From Ignavibacteriales bacterium (GTDB lineage: Bacteria > Bacteroidota > Ignavibacteria > UBA10030 > UBA6906), in the NCBI GenBank assembly GCA_037441705.1, contig JBBIRR010000028.1, forward strand, positions 1 to 55,009: a stretch of 55,009 nucleotides of DNA, written 5' to 3'. Positions 36,552 through 44,316 of this stretch are shown here, one piece after another; position 1 is the stretch's first letter, and each line of letters opens with the position of its first letter. The notes under the pieces were generated by a model. It saw nothing but the letters and a program-made list of their open reading frames with translations. It did no database searches and had not been told where the DNA came from. Both the position numbers and the translations under genes were made by a program.

Positions 36552-38285
36552 TTAGTGCGTCGAATCCTCCTGCTGAATGAGATAGCGCTTGATTTTCTGC
36601 GTGGTGGTCTTCTCGAACTCCTTTTCGCGAATTTCCACCTTCTTGATTTGCTGGTGACCCAGCAGATGCGTATTGAGTTTGCGAATTTCCTCGTTGAGTA
36701 TTTTCTCAATCAGGTCGGTCGTCACCTCGACCTTGTGTTTCTGCGCATATTCGATGAACGCCTCGGCGTTCGGAACAATCATGACGCGAATCTCTTCGTC
36801 GTTCTTTTCGTTCCGTGCGCCGTAAATGACCGACTCCAACACGAACGGGATCTTGTTCACCTTGTCTTCGAGTTCTTCGGGATAAACGTTCTCGCCGTTG
36901 CGCGCAACAATCACGTTCTTCTTTCTGCCATTGATGTGCAGAAACCCGTCGCTGTCGAAATAGCCGATGTCGCCGGTGTAGAACCACCCATCGCGCAGGA
37001 CTTCTCTCGTTGCGGCCTCGTTCTTGTAGTACCCGAGCATGATGGAGGGGCCGCGCGCAATAATCTCGCCGTGTCCGTTGGCATCGGGATTTGCAATTCT
37101 GATTTCAACGCTCGGGAGCGGCAAGCCGGCGGCTTCATCTTTGAAGTTGAACTCCCGATTCACGGTCAGAATCGGCGACGTTTCGGTAAGACCGTATCCC
37201 TGAATGATCTTGAAGCCGAACGAGCGCATCCCCTTCATCACCTGCGGGTCGGGCGCCGCGCCGCCGGCAATGAACAGGCGGATGGCACCGCCGAACGTTT
37301 CGTGCAGCTCGGAAAAGATTTTCCGCCGCGCGCCCTCGACACCGAATGCCTCCAGCCACCCCCCGAGCGTTTTCAACGAAGGGACGAGCGCCTTCGTCAG
37401 CTTCCTCTCCTCGATCGCCACCGTGATGCGCCGATACATCTTGTCGTACATCAGCGGCACGCCGAGAAAAATGGTGGGCCGGGCGCGCTGCATGTCCTCA
37501 AGGATGGTTTTGAGACTGCGCGCATAATGCACCGAGGCACCGGCATAGAGCGGACAGAGGAATCCGCATGTCCCCTCGTACGTGTGATGCATCGGCAGAA
37601 CCGACAGGAAGCGATCCTCGGGACCCAGGTTGATCATCTTCCGCATATCCATCAGGTTCGTGCAGAGATTCTTCTGCGACATCATGACACCTTTGGCGCG
37701 CCCCATCGAGCCCGACGTGAAGACGATGACGGCAACCTCCTCCGGATTCGTTCGGGCGAACGATGCCTTTGCTCCATCTGTTCTCGCCTTGTTCATCATT
37801 TCCACCATCGAATGGACACCATCCTCTTTGCGCGGAAGGTCCATGTCAATCAGATGCTGAAGCGCCTTGATGGAGTGCTTGAACTCGATGAACATATCGC
37901 GGAACGGTTCGGAGAAGACCGCCGCTTTCGCATCCGAGACGTGCAGGATGTTGACGATGTCGTTCTCCTTCAGGTTCTTGTCAATCGGAACTGCGACGAA
38001 GTTGAACGTCACGCAGGCAAGATGGGTGATGGCCCATTGGACGCGATTTTCACCGATGAAAGCGATGTGGTCCCGTTCTTTCAATCCCAATTTCTTGAGC
38101 GCCGTGCCGAAGGCAAGAACATGATCGTACAACTCACGGTAGGTTACTCGCCCAATCGGCGTTGGGTTCAAGTCTTCCAGCGCGAGCTTGTTCGGGAATT
38201 TTTCTACCGAACGGGTCAGCATCTCCGCGATCGTGGAGATGTACTCAACGTCGTAGTAGGGATAGTTTTCTCTCATTGTCTTCAT
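36552..38285 (-). CDS. Long-chain fatty acid-CoA ligase (AMP-binding)
   Basis: FTSGSMGRAKGVM, GYGLTETSP, GWFYTGDIG and GRKKNVIV motifs; start moved to ATG 38285. Confidence 0.9.
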   Translation of the reverse strand: MKTMRENYPYYDVEYISTIAEMLTRSVEKFPNKLALEDLNPTPIGRVTYRELYDHVLAFGTALKKLGLKERDHIAFIGENRVQWAITHLACVTFNFVAVPIDKNLKENDIVNILHVSDAKAAVFSEPFRDMFIEFKHSIKALQHLIDMDLPRKEDGVHSMVEMMNKARTDGAKASFARTNPEEVAVIVFTSGSMGRAKGVMMSQKNLCTNLMDMRKMINLGPEDRFLSVLPMHHTYEGTCGFLCPLYAGASVHYARSLKTILEDMQRARPTIFLGVPLMYDKMYRRITVAIEERKLTKALVPSLKTLGGWLEAFGVEGARRKIFSELHETFGGAIRLFIAGGAAPDPQVMKGMRSFGFKIIQGYGLTETSPILTVNREFNFKDEAAGLPLPSVEIRIANPDANGHGEIIARGPSIMLGYYKNEAATREVLRDGWFYTGDIGYFDSDGFLHINGRKKNVIVARNGENVYPEELEDKVNKIPFVLESVIYGARNEKNDEEIRVMIVPNAEAFIEYAQKHKVEVTTDLIEKILNEEIRKLNTHLLGHQQIKKVEIREKEFEKTTTQKIKRYLIQQEDSTH

Positions 38286-38314
38286 GGCTGTTTGAGGGGA
38301 TGATGCATGAAACG

Positions 38315-39685
38315 TCAATCGGGATTTATTGGTACGTTCGTGTTGACATCCATCGGGCTTCGTGTGTTCTCGTCGCCGTGCGGAGGCCGTTTCTTCCAAA
38401 AATAATAGACGGGAACACCCAGCGCAAGAAACGCGAGTCCGGCAGCGGCCTGCTGCGGTTTTTCCACAAACGTGTTGATGACAAACCAGACGGCAACAAC
38501 AAGAAAGATCAACGGCGTCGCGGGATAGCCGAAGGTTTTGTAGGGGCGCGCAGCGTCCGGCATCTTTCGTCGGAAGACAAAAATGCTGGCGGCGGTCAAC
38601 CCGAAGAAAATCCAATCCGTGAACACAACGTAGGAGATGAGTTCGTTGAACGTCCCCCAGAACAGAATCAGCACGCATGCCCACGCCGATTGCATCATGA
38701 TGGCGAGCGCCGGCGTATAGAAGCGCGGATGCACCTTCGCGACGCTGCGGAAGAATACACCGTCCTGCGCCATCGCAAAGTAGATGCGTGGAGCCGTGAG
38801 CGTGTAGATTCCCGCCGTGCCGAACGTGGAAATAAAAATCGCAAGCGAGATAATCGTGCCGCCGGTGGGTCCTAACACAACGCCGATGGCATCGGCCGCC
38901 ACGCGCTGGGAAGTTCCCATGGCCTGAGGTGAAAGAAGGAACAGGTACGCGAGGTTCGTGAGAATGTACACAGCCGTGACAATCAGCGCACCGGTTACCA
39001 TGGCAAAGGGAACCGTCCGCTGCGGTTCCTTCGCTTCTGCCGCCGCAAATGATGCGTGCTGCCACCCGCCGAACGACCACATAACGCCGACCATCGCAAC
39101 GGCAAGTGCGCCGCCGAGATTGTCGGGCAGCATCGCTGTCGCGGAAAATTGTGTGGCACTGCTCACGCTCGATCCCCATCCTACCGCAATCAGTAGAGCG
39201 ATCCCTGCTAACTTCAGCAGGGTGAAGACATCGGAGAAAATTCCCCCAACCTTCACGCCGATCACATTCACAGCCGTCAGAAACACCAGCCCGATGATTG
39301 CGGCGATTGTAGTACCCGGTGGACTGAGAGGCACGAAGTAGCCCAGGTAGGTCGCAAACGCGACGCTGAGCGCTGCAACGCCTCCGGTGTTCACCACCAA
39401 CAAGTACGCCCAGCCGTAGAGAAAACCCCAGAGACCTCCGTATGCTCGACTCAGATACACGTACACCCCGCCCGCTCCCGGCAGCATGCCGCCCAGCTCG
39501 GCGAAGGTCAACGCGCCGGCGATGGCTGTTACCCCGCCGAGTACCCACACGCCGAGAATGAGCCAGGGCGTTTCCAACTGTTGCGCGATGAGAGATGGCG
39601 TCAAGAAAATTCCCGAGCCGATGGTTGACCCGACCGCAATCATCGTCAGATCAAAGCGCGTCAGTGCTTGCTTCAGTTGAGGCAT
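38315..39685 (-). CDS. APC-family amino acid permease (LAT/SteT-like)
   Basis: GSTIGSGIF, FAELG..PGAGGVY, WSFGGW, E.KEPQR and RPYKTFGYP motifs. Confidence 0.92.
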   Translation of the reverse strand: MPQLKQALTRFDLTMIAVGSTIGSGIFLTPSLIAQQLETPWLILGVWVLGGVTAIAGALTFAELGGMLPGAGGVYVYLSRAYGGLWGFLYGWAYLLVVNTGGVAALSVAFATYLGYFVPLSPPGTTIAAIIGLVFLTAVNVIGVKVGGIFSDVFTLLKLAGIALLIAVGWGSSVSSATQFSATAMLPDNLGGALAVAMVGVMWSFGGWQHASFAAAEAKEPQRTVPFAMVTGALIVTAVYILTNLAYLFLLSPQAMGTSQRVAADAIGVVLGPTGGTIISLAIFISTFGTAGIYTLTAPRIYFAMAQDGVFFRSVAKVHPRFYTPALAIMMQSAWACVLILFWGTFNELISYVVFTDWIFFGLTAASIFVFRRKMPDAARPYKTFGYPATPLIFLVVAVWFVINTFVEKPQQAAAGLAFLALGVPVYYFWKKRPPHGDENTRSPMDVNTNVPINPD

Positions 39686-39713
39686 ACGCTGCGACGAACG
39701 AATGTATGATGGC

Positions 39714-40565
39714 CTAAGGACTGAGAGGATCGAATTCGGCTACGCGCATAAGAAAGGTTCGCAGAGCCTTGTCCCAATACTGCCAGGTATGCTTGCCCGG
39801 GGTCTCATGGTACTCGTAGAGAATGCCTCCGGCGCGCAGCTTTTCAACCAAGCGACGATTCGTCTCAACAATGCGCGCCAGTTGATCGTCCTTACCGGTG
39901 GCAATGTAGAAGTACGGCAGTGATGCCGGTGCAGCCTTCTCGGCCAGCACGGTCAAATCGTTGCCTGTCCAATGCTCGCTGCGTCCTGTCCCGAATGCAC
40001 GGGCAAGGCTCTCGGAGATTTCCTTGTTGTCCGACCGCGAGCCTGCCGGCACATACAATGCCCCGCTAAACGAGCCGACGAAGATGAAGCGATCGGGATA
40101 TTTCATGCCGAACTTGAGCGCGCCATAGCCGCCCATCGAAAGCCCCGCAATCACGCGGCCGTGACGCGTGGCGAGCGTCCGGTACTTTTGGTCCACGTAC
40201 GGAATCAGTTCATCAATGATGTACTGCTCGTATTTCAGCGTGCCGTCCGGCGTGTTGGTGTACCAGCTATTGCGAGCATCAGGACAGACGAACAGAAAGC
40301 GATACGCCGCCGCATAGCGCACGAGACCCGTACGGTGAACCCAGTCGAAGCGCGTGCCGCCGAAACCATGAAGCAAATAAACCGTCGGGTGCCGCTCATC
40401 CGTGCGGTAGTAGTCTTTGGGCAGGACAACGAGGAAGCGCATCGTCGCATTGACGCTGGCGGAGCGGAGGCTGTCCTCCAGAACACTAACGCTGTCCTGA
40501 GAAAAAATCGGCCGGCAATAGGCAACAGCGAAAATCCACAGAACGACGGCACGCGTACGCATCAT
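39714..40565 (-). CDS. Exported alpha/beta-hydrolase esterase (tributyrin esterase/FrmB-like)
   Basis: Signal peptide; YLLHG; nucleophile GLSMGG; D and H(TW) triad candidates. Confidence 0.88.
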   Translation of the reverse strand: MMRTRAVVLWIFAVAYCRPIFSQDSVSVLEDSLRSASVNATMRFLVVLPKDYYRTDERHPTVYLLHGFGGTRFDWVHRTGLVRYAAAYRFLFVCPDARNSWYTNTPDGTLKYEQYIIDELIPYVDQKYRTLATRHGRVIAGLSMGGYGALKFGMKYPDRFIFVGSFSGALYVPAGSRSDNKEISESLARAFGTGRSEHWTGNDLTVLAEKAAPASLPYFYIATGKDDQLARIVETNRRLVEKLRAGGILYEYHETPGKHTWQYWDKALRTFLMRVAEFDPLSP

Positions 40566-40577
40566 GATTCCCCGGTT

Positions 40578-41222
40578 TCACACGGACTTAACGCACAGGA
40601 GCGCGGCCGCTTGCGAAGGATGCCGGCGCGTGTACACATAGTGGGAGAATGCCGAAAGCATACCGGACAGCCACGCAGGCCTCAGCCGATGCTGATGCTG
40701 CTCGCCGCGCAGCGCTTTCCATCCATGCATGCCGATCACGGTAAAGCCCAGCGCCTGCATCTCATCCGCCGTCCATCCCGAAAGATGTTCCTGCAAATCT
40801 CCCCGATGACTTTGCTGTGGAAGAAACCCGTTGGGCGTGAACAGAAGAATTTTTCTTGACGCAATCCGTTCCATGCTCGACATCAGTTTTCGTCCATCGT
40901 CTTTTGAGAGGTGTTCGATCAGATCGAGAGCTACACAGCAGTCGAATTGCTTCGGCGAAAAGTACCGGTCGAGTTCTGTTGCGTTACACAGCACAAACTC
41001 GTCGTGCGTGTGGTGTGCCCGTGCCTGCTCTAACAGCGGCTCATAGCCATCCACACCAACGGTGTACTCGAACCCGAGATGGCGGACGGGCGAGTCGCCT
41101 CCGCATCCGATGTCGAGACAGGTGCGGCAATCCTTCAGCTGATTCCTCATCGTGTTGAGATAGGAGAAGTGAAGGAGCCGTGGGAACGTGATCGTGAACA
41201 GCGCTGACGAAGATGTGGGCAT
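40578..41222 (-). CDS. Class I SAM-dependent methyltransferase
   Basis: LDIGCGG, FDCCVALDLIEHL, TPNGF and HLSGW motifs; start could be 41222 or a later Met (MRNQL). Confidence 0.85.
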   Translation of the reverse strand: MPTSSSALFTITFPRLLHFSYLNTMRNQLKDCRTCLDIGCGGDSPVRHLGFEYTVGVDGYEPLLEQARAHHTHDEFVLCNATELDRYFSPKQFDCCVALDLIEHLSKDDGRKLMSSMERIASRKILLFTPNGFLPQQSHRGDLQEHLSGWTADEMQALGFTVIGMHGWKALRGEQHQHRLRPAWLSGMLSAFSHYVYTRRHPSQAAALLCVKSV

Positions 41223-41295
41223 GGAGCGGGATACGGGAATCGAACCCGTTTTTCAAGCTTGGGAAGCTCGCGTTGAACCAATCAACTAATCCCGC
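41222..41295 (-). tRNA. tRNA-Gly (anticodon CCC), encoded CCA
   Basis: Cloverleaf: acceptor GCGGGAT/ATCCCGC, D-stem GTTG/CAAC, anticodon arm CGAGC-TTCCCAA-GCTTG, T-arm ACGGG-TTCGATT-CCCGT, discriminator U + CCA; 74 nt. Confidence 0.95.
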
Positions 41296-41310
41296 ACAAA
41301 CTTCATCTCA

Positions 41311-41339
41311 AATATACGCCATTCGCACGGGACTTGCAA
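41311..41339 (-). promoter_or_regulatory. Sigma70-type promoter of tRNA-Gly
   Basis: TTGCAA-17 bp-TATATT, 15 bp upstream of the tRNA 5' end. Confidence 0.65.
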
Positions 41340-41424
41340 TCCGGCGCGGAGGTTTGCTTCTGCTCTCAGGCTTCTGTAGATTGTCACTGCGCTGACAGTT
41401 CCATATCTAACGGATTTTACCCCG

Positions 41425-41826
41425 ATGCATGAGACACTCCCTTCCGCTGAGCCGAGAAAGAAAAAATTCCGCTGGAAGCTCTGGCTTTCGCTTACCCTGC
41501 TTACGCCTGTTGTGCTGCTCGCTCTCTATACCTGGTTTGTCTTGACGTGGAGCTATTCCACGGGCGAGAGGGCGGGCTATGTTCAGAAACTTTCCAAGAA
41601 AGGCTTCATCGCCAAGACCTGGGAAGGCGAACTGGCAATGGTCTCGATGCCCGGCACGCTCCCCGAAATTTTCCACTTTACCGTCCCGAGCGACGAAGTT
41701 GCCGCCGAGATCAACGCCTCGCTCGGCAAGCGGGTACGCCTGCACTACGAGCAGCACATCGGCGTGCCGCTGAAGGTGTTCGGTGAGAGCGAATACTTCG
41801 TCACCAAGGTAGAGGTTGTTGAGTAG
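41425..41826 (+). CDS. Conserved hypothetical single-TM membrane-anchored protein
   Basis: N-terminal TM helix then YSTGERAGYVQKLSKKG..KTWEGEL...FHFTV...LHYEQ...GESEYFV, a recurrent family of unknown function. Confidence 0.75.
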   Translation: MHETLPSAEPRKKKFRWKLWLSLTLLTPVVLLALYTWFVLTWSYSTGERAGYVQKLSKKGFIAKTWEGELAMVSMPGTLPEIFHFTVPSDEVAAEINASLGKRVRLHYEQHIGVPLKVFGESEYFVTKVEVVE

Positions 41827-41853
41827 CTCCTTGCGACGCAGCATTCCCGAATC

Positions 41854-42981
41854 ATGAGCAAGCACTTTTTCATCACCGGTGGAACGGGTTTGGTGGGGAA
41901 GAATCTGATCCCGCGCCTGCTGAAGAAATTTCCTGGTTCGACCATCACGCTTCTTGTGCGCGGCGAAGACGAAGCAGAAGCGAGCGAGCGGACGCGCACG
42001 ATTGCGCATGAAATTGCCGACGAGTTTGGTATCCCCGACGCGCCGCAGCGCCTGGACGGCATGCTCGGAGACGTTGCACTCGACCATTGCGGCCTCAGTC
42101 CCGACCAGCGTGAGCGCCTCATCGCCGAAACCACACACATCATCCACGGCGCGGCAACCATTCGATTCGATCATCCGATTGATGAAGCGCGCGCCATCAA
42201 CTGCGGCGGCACACGCCGTATGCTGGCGCTTGCCCACCTGTGTGCCGAGCGCGGCAAGCTCGAACGCTTCGTGTACATCGGCAGCTCTTCGGTTTCCGGG
42301 CGCCGCAGCGGCCACATCTACGAGCATGAGTTGGAAATGGGGCAGACGTTCTTCAACACCTACGAGCAATCCAAGAACGAATCCGAGCGCATCGTACGCA
42401 ACAATTTCGACCGCCTGCCGTGCACCGTCTTTCGCCCCAGCATCATCATCGGCGATTCGCGTACGGGCAAGACAAGTTCGTTCAACGTCATCTACATACC
42501 GCTGCGTCTGGTGCACAAGGGATTGCTGCGCTACGTCCCCGGCACACCCGACACGCTGATGGATCTCGTTCCCATTGATTGGGTGGATGATGCCATGGTA
42601 CACATCATGGCGAAAGAGGAATCGGTGGGAAAGGTCTTTCACATCACCGCGGGGCCGAAGCGCGCCGCGCGATTGGATGAAGTCGTCGTTGCCGCCGTGA
42701 ACTACTTCGACAAACACTCGCCGCTGAAACATCCCCGCACGATGGAGTTCATCACCAAAGAGGAATACGAACGACGCCGCGCCGCAATGCGAGGACGTGA
42801 GGATGCTCTCATGTCCCAGCTGGACACGCTGCTTCCCTACGTCACCGTCAACCGTCTCTTCGATTCGACGAATGCAGATGCGCTCTTAGAGGGAAGTGGT
42901 ATCGTGTTTCCGCTGTTCAAGGATTACTCCGACAGGATTTTTGAGTACTGCCTGAAGACGAATTGGGGCAAGACGGTGTAG
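41854..42981 (+). CDS. Extended SDR, fatty acyl-CoA/thioester reductase-like (NAD_binding_4)
   Basis: TGGTGLVG, IHGAA, catalytic YEQSK, RPSIIIGDSRTG and DLVPID motifs. Confidence 0.85.
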   Translation: MSKHFFITGGTGLVGKNLIPRLLKKFPGSTITLLVRGEDEAEASERTRTIAHEIADEFGIPDAPQRLDGMLGDVALDHCGLSPDQRERLIAETTHIIHGAATIRFDHPIDEARAINCGGTRRMLALAHLCAERGKLERFVYIGSSSVSGRRSGHIYEHELEMGQTFFNTYEQSKNESERIVRNNFDRLPCTVFRPSIIIGDSRTGKTSSFNVIYIPLRLVHKGLLRYVPGTPDTLMDLVPIDWVDDAMVHIMAKEESVGKVFHITAGPKRAARLDEVVVAAVNYFDKHSPLKHPRTMEFITKEEYERRRAAMRGREDALMSQLDTLLPYVTVNRLFDSTNADALLEGSGIVFPLFKDYSDRIFEYCLKTNWGKTV

Positions 42982-42992
42982 GCCGCCTCGGG

Positions 42993-43502
42993 TCAGATTC
43001 TCCCCTTCTTCCACTTCTCCCATTCACTCCGAAGGATGATCTGTTTCGAATCAACAGCGCGGTCGATGGCAAGAACGCCGTTGATGTGATCAATCTCGTG
43101 CTGCAGCAATTCCGAAAGGGGACCGATGGCTCGGAGCTTCTTCCGCTCCCCATCTTCGGTGCGGTAGGAGACTTCGATTGCCTGATGACGTCTCACCTTC
43201 ACCACCAGATCGGGAAAGCTGAAGCAATCATCCCACAACGTGAAGGTCCGTCTGCTGCGTTTGACGATGACGGGATTGATAAGCGCCTGCGGTTGGTCAA
43301 CATGAATGAAAATGACGCGCCGCGTCGTGCCGATCTGCGGCGCGGCGATGCCCCGCCCGAACCCGTTGCGCTGCTTGAAGTCGTACAGCGTGTCGCGCAA
43401 ATCCTCAATCAGGGAACGGAGGGCCGGCGTTCCGAAGTGTTCCACGCGTCGGCATTTCACGCGCAGCGTCGGATTTCCGAGTAACAGAATCGGCCTGATC
43501 AT
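42993..43502 (-). CDS. def: Peptide deformylase (variant motif 2)
   Basis: GIAAPQIG, INPVI, DDCFS (canonical EGCLS) and QHEIDHING motifs. Confidence 0.9.
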   Translation of the reverse strand: MIRPILLLGNPTLRVKCRRVEHFGTPALRSLIEDLRDTLYDFKQRNGFGRGIAAPQIGTTRRVIFIHVDQPQALINPVIVKRSRRTFTLWDDCFSFPDLVVKVRRHQAIEVSYRTEDGERKKLRAIGPLSELLQHEIDHINGVLAIDRAVDSKQIILRSEWEKWKKGRI

Positions 43503-43515
43503 GCGTCGCCTCGTG

Positions 43516-44316
43516 TTAGAATCCTTCCGCTCTCATCACTCTTCCCAACTTCTGACCGAGAAATCTCTCCCCCACTTCGGTGAACTTTGCCGGTACGTCG
43601 CTGACGAAGAATTGAAGATGAGGTTTGAGAGACGATGGGTTGCGCAGCTTCCGCTCCTCGAGGATGCGTTCGACTTCGGCCGCCGCTGCTTCACCCGAGT
43701 CAATCAGGTGCACGTTGCCGTCAACGACTTTCTTGATAACGTCCTTCAGCAGCGGGTAATGCGTGCAACCGAGGATGAGGCAATCAATCTTTTCTATCTT
43801 CAACGGAAACAGATACTCCTTCGCAATCATCTCCGTGGCTTTGTGATGCGTCCATCCTTCCTCGGCAAGAGGAACGAACAACGGGCATGCCTGCGAGAAC
43901 ACTTTCACGTCGGGATCGAGTTGGCGGAGGGCATTGCTATACGCCTGACTGCCGATGGTGGCGATCGTACCGATGACTCCGATGCGCTTCCTTTTCGATA
44001 CGGCCACTGCTGCCGCCGCCCCCGGAAGAATCACACCTACCACCGGAACGTTGGCGCGCTTCATCACCACATCCAGCGCAACGCCCGAGACGGTGTTGCA
44101 CGCTATGACGATCATCTTGACATTCTTGGAGAGAAGGAAATCCGTATCCTCGGCCGCATATTCGCGAATCACGCGCGGCGACTTGGGTCCGTAGGGCACA
44201 CGCGCCGTATCGCCGAAGTACACGATGTTTTCATGCGGGAGGCGCTGCGTGAGGGCATGGACGACGGTCAGTCCGCCGATGCCGCTATCGAACACGCCGA
44301 TCGGTCTGGAGTTCAT
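43516..44316 (-). CDS. murI: Glutamate racemase
   Basis: FDSGIGGLTV, PYGPK, IACNT and LGCTHYP motifs. Confidence 0.97.
   Translation of the reverse strand: MNSRPIGVFDSGIGGLTVVHALTQRLPHENIVYFGDTARVPYGPKSPRVIREYAAEDTDFLLSKNVKMIVIACNTVSGVALDVVMKRANVPVVGVILPGAAAAVAVSKRKRIGVIGTIATIGSQAYSNALRQLDPDVKVFSQACPLFVPLAEEGWTHHKATEMIAKEYLFPLKIEKIDCLILGCTHYPLLKDVIKKVVDGNVHLIDSGEAAAAEVERILEERKLRNPSSLKPHLQFFVSDVPAKFTEVGERFLGQKLGRVMRAEGF

Noticed and set aside
36534-38303. 589-aa plus-strand ORF (and similar ones at 45315-46967, 51510-52769, 24518-25558, 41407-42732, 1683-2735)
   Set aside because: Antisense shadows of well-supported genes, expected from GC-rich codon bias; no recognisable motifs.
36552-39548. 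998-aa ORF suggesting a large N-terminal extension of the acyl-CoA ligase
   Set aside because: The extra 420 or so codons are Arg/Cys-rich alternative-frame shadow of the APC permease; ligase-like sequence begins at ATG 38285.
41222-41295. Prophage or genomic island integrated at tRNA-Gly
   Set aside because: No integrase and no duplicated tRNA 3' end were seen in the window.
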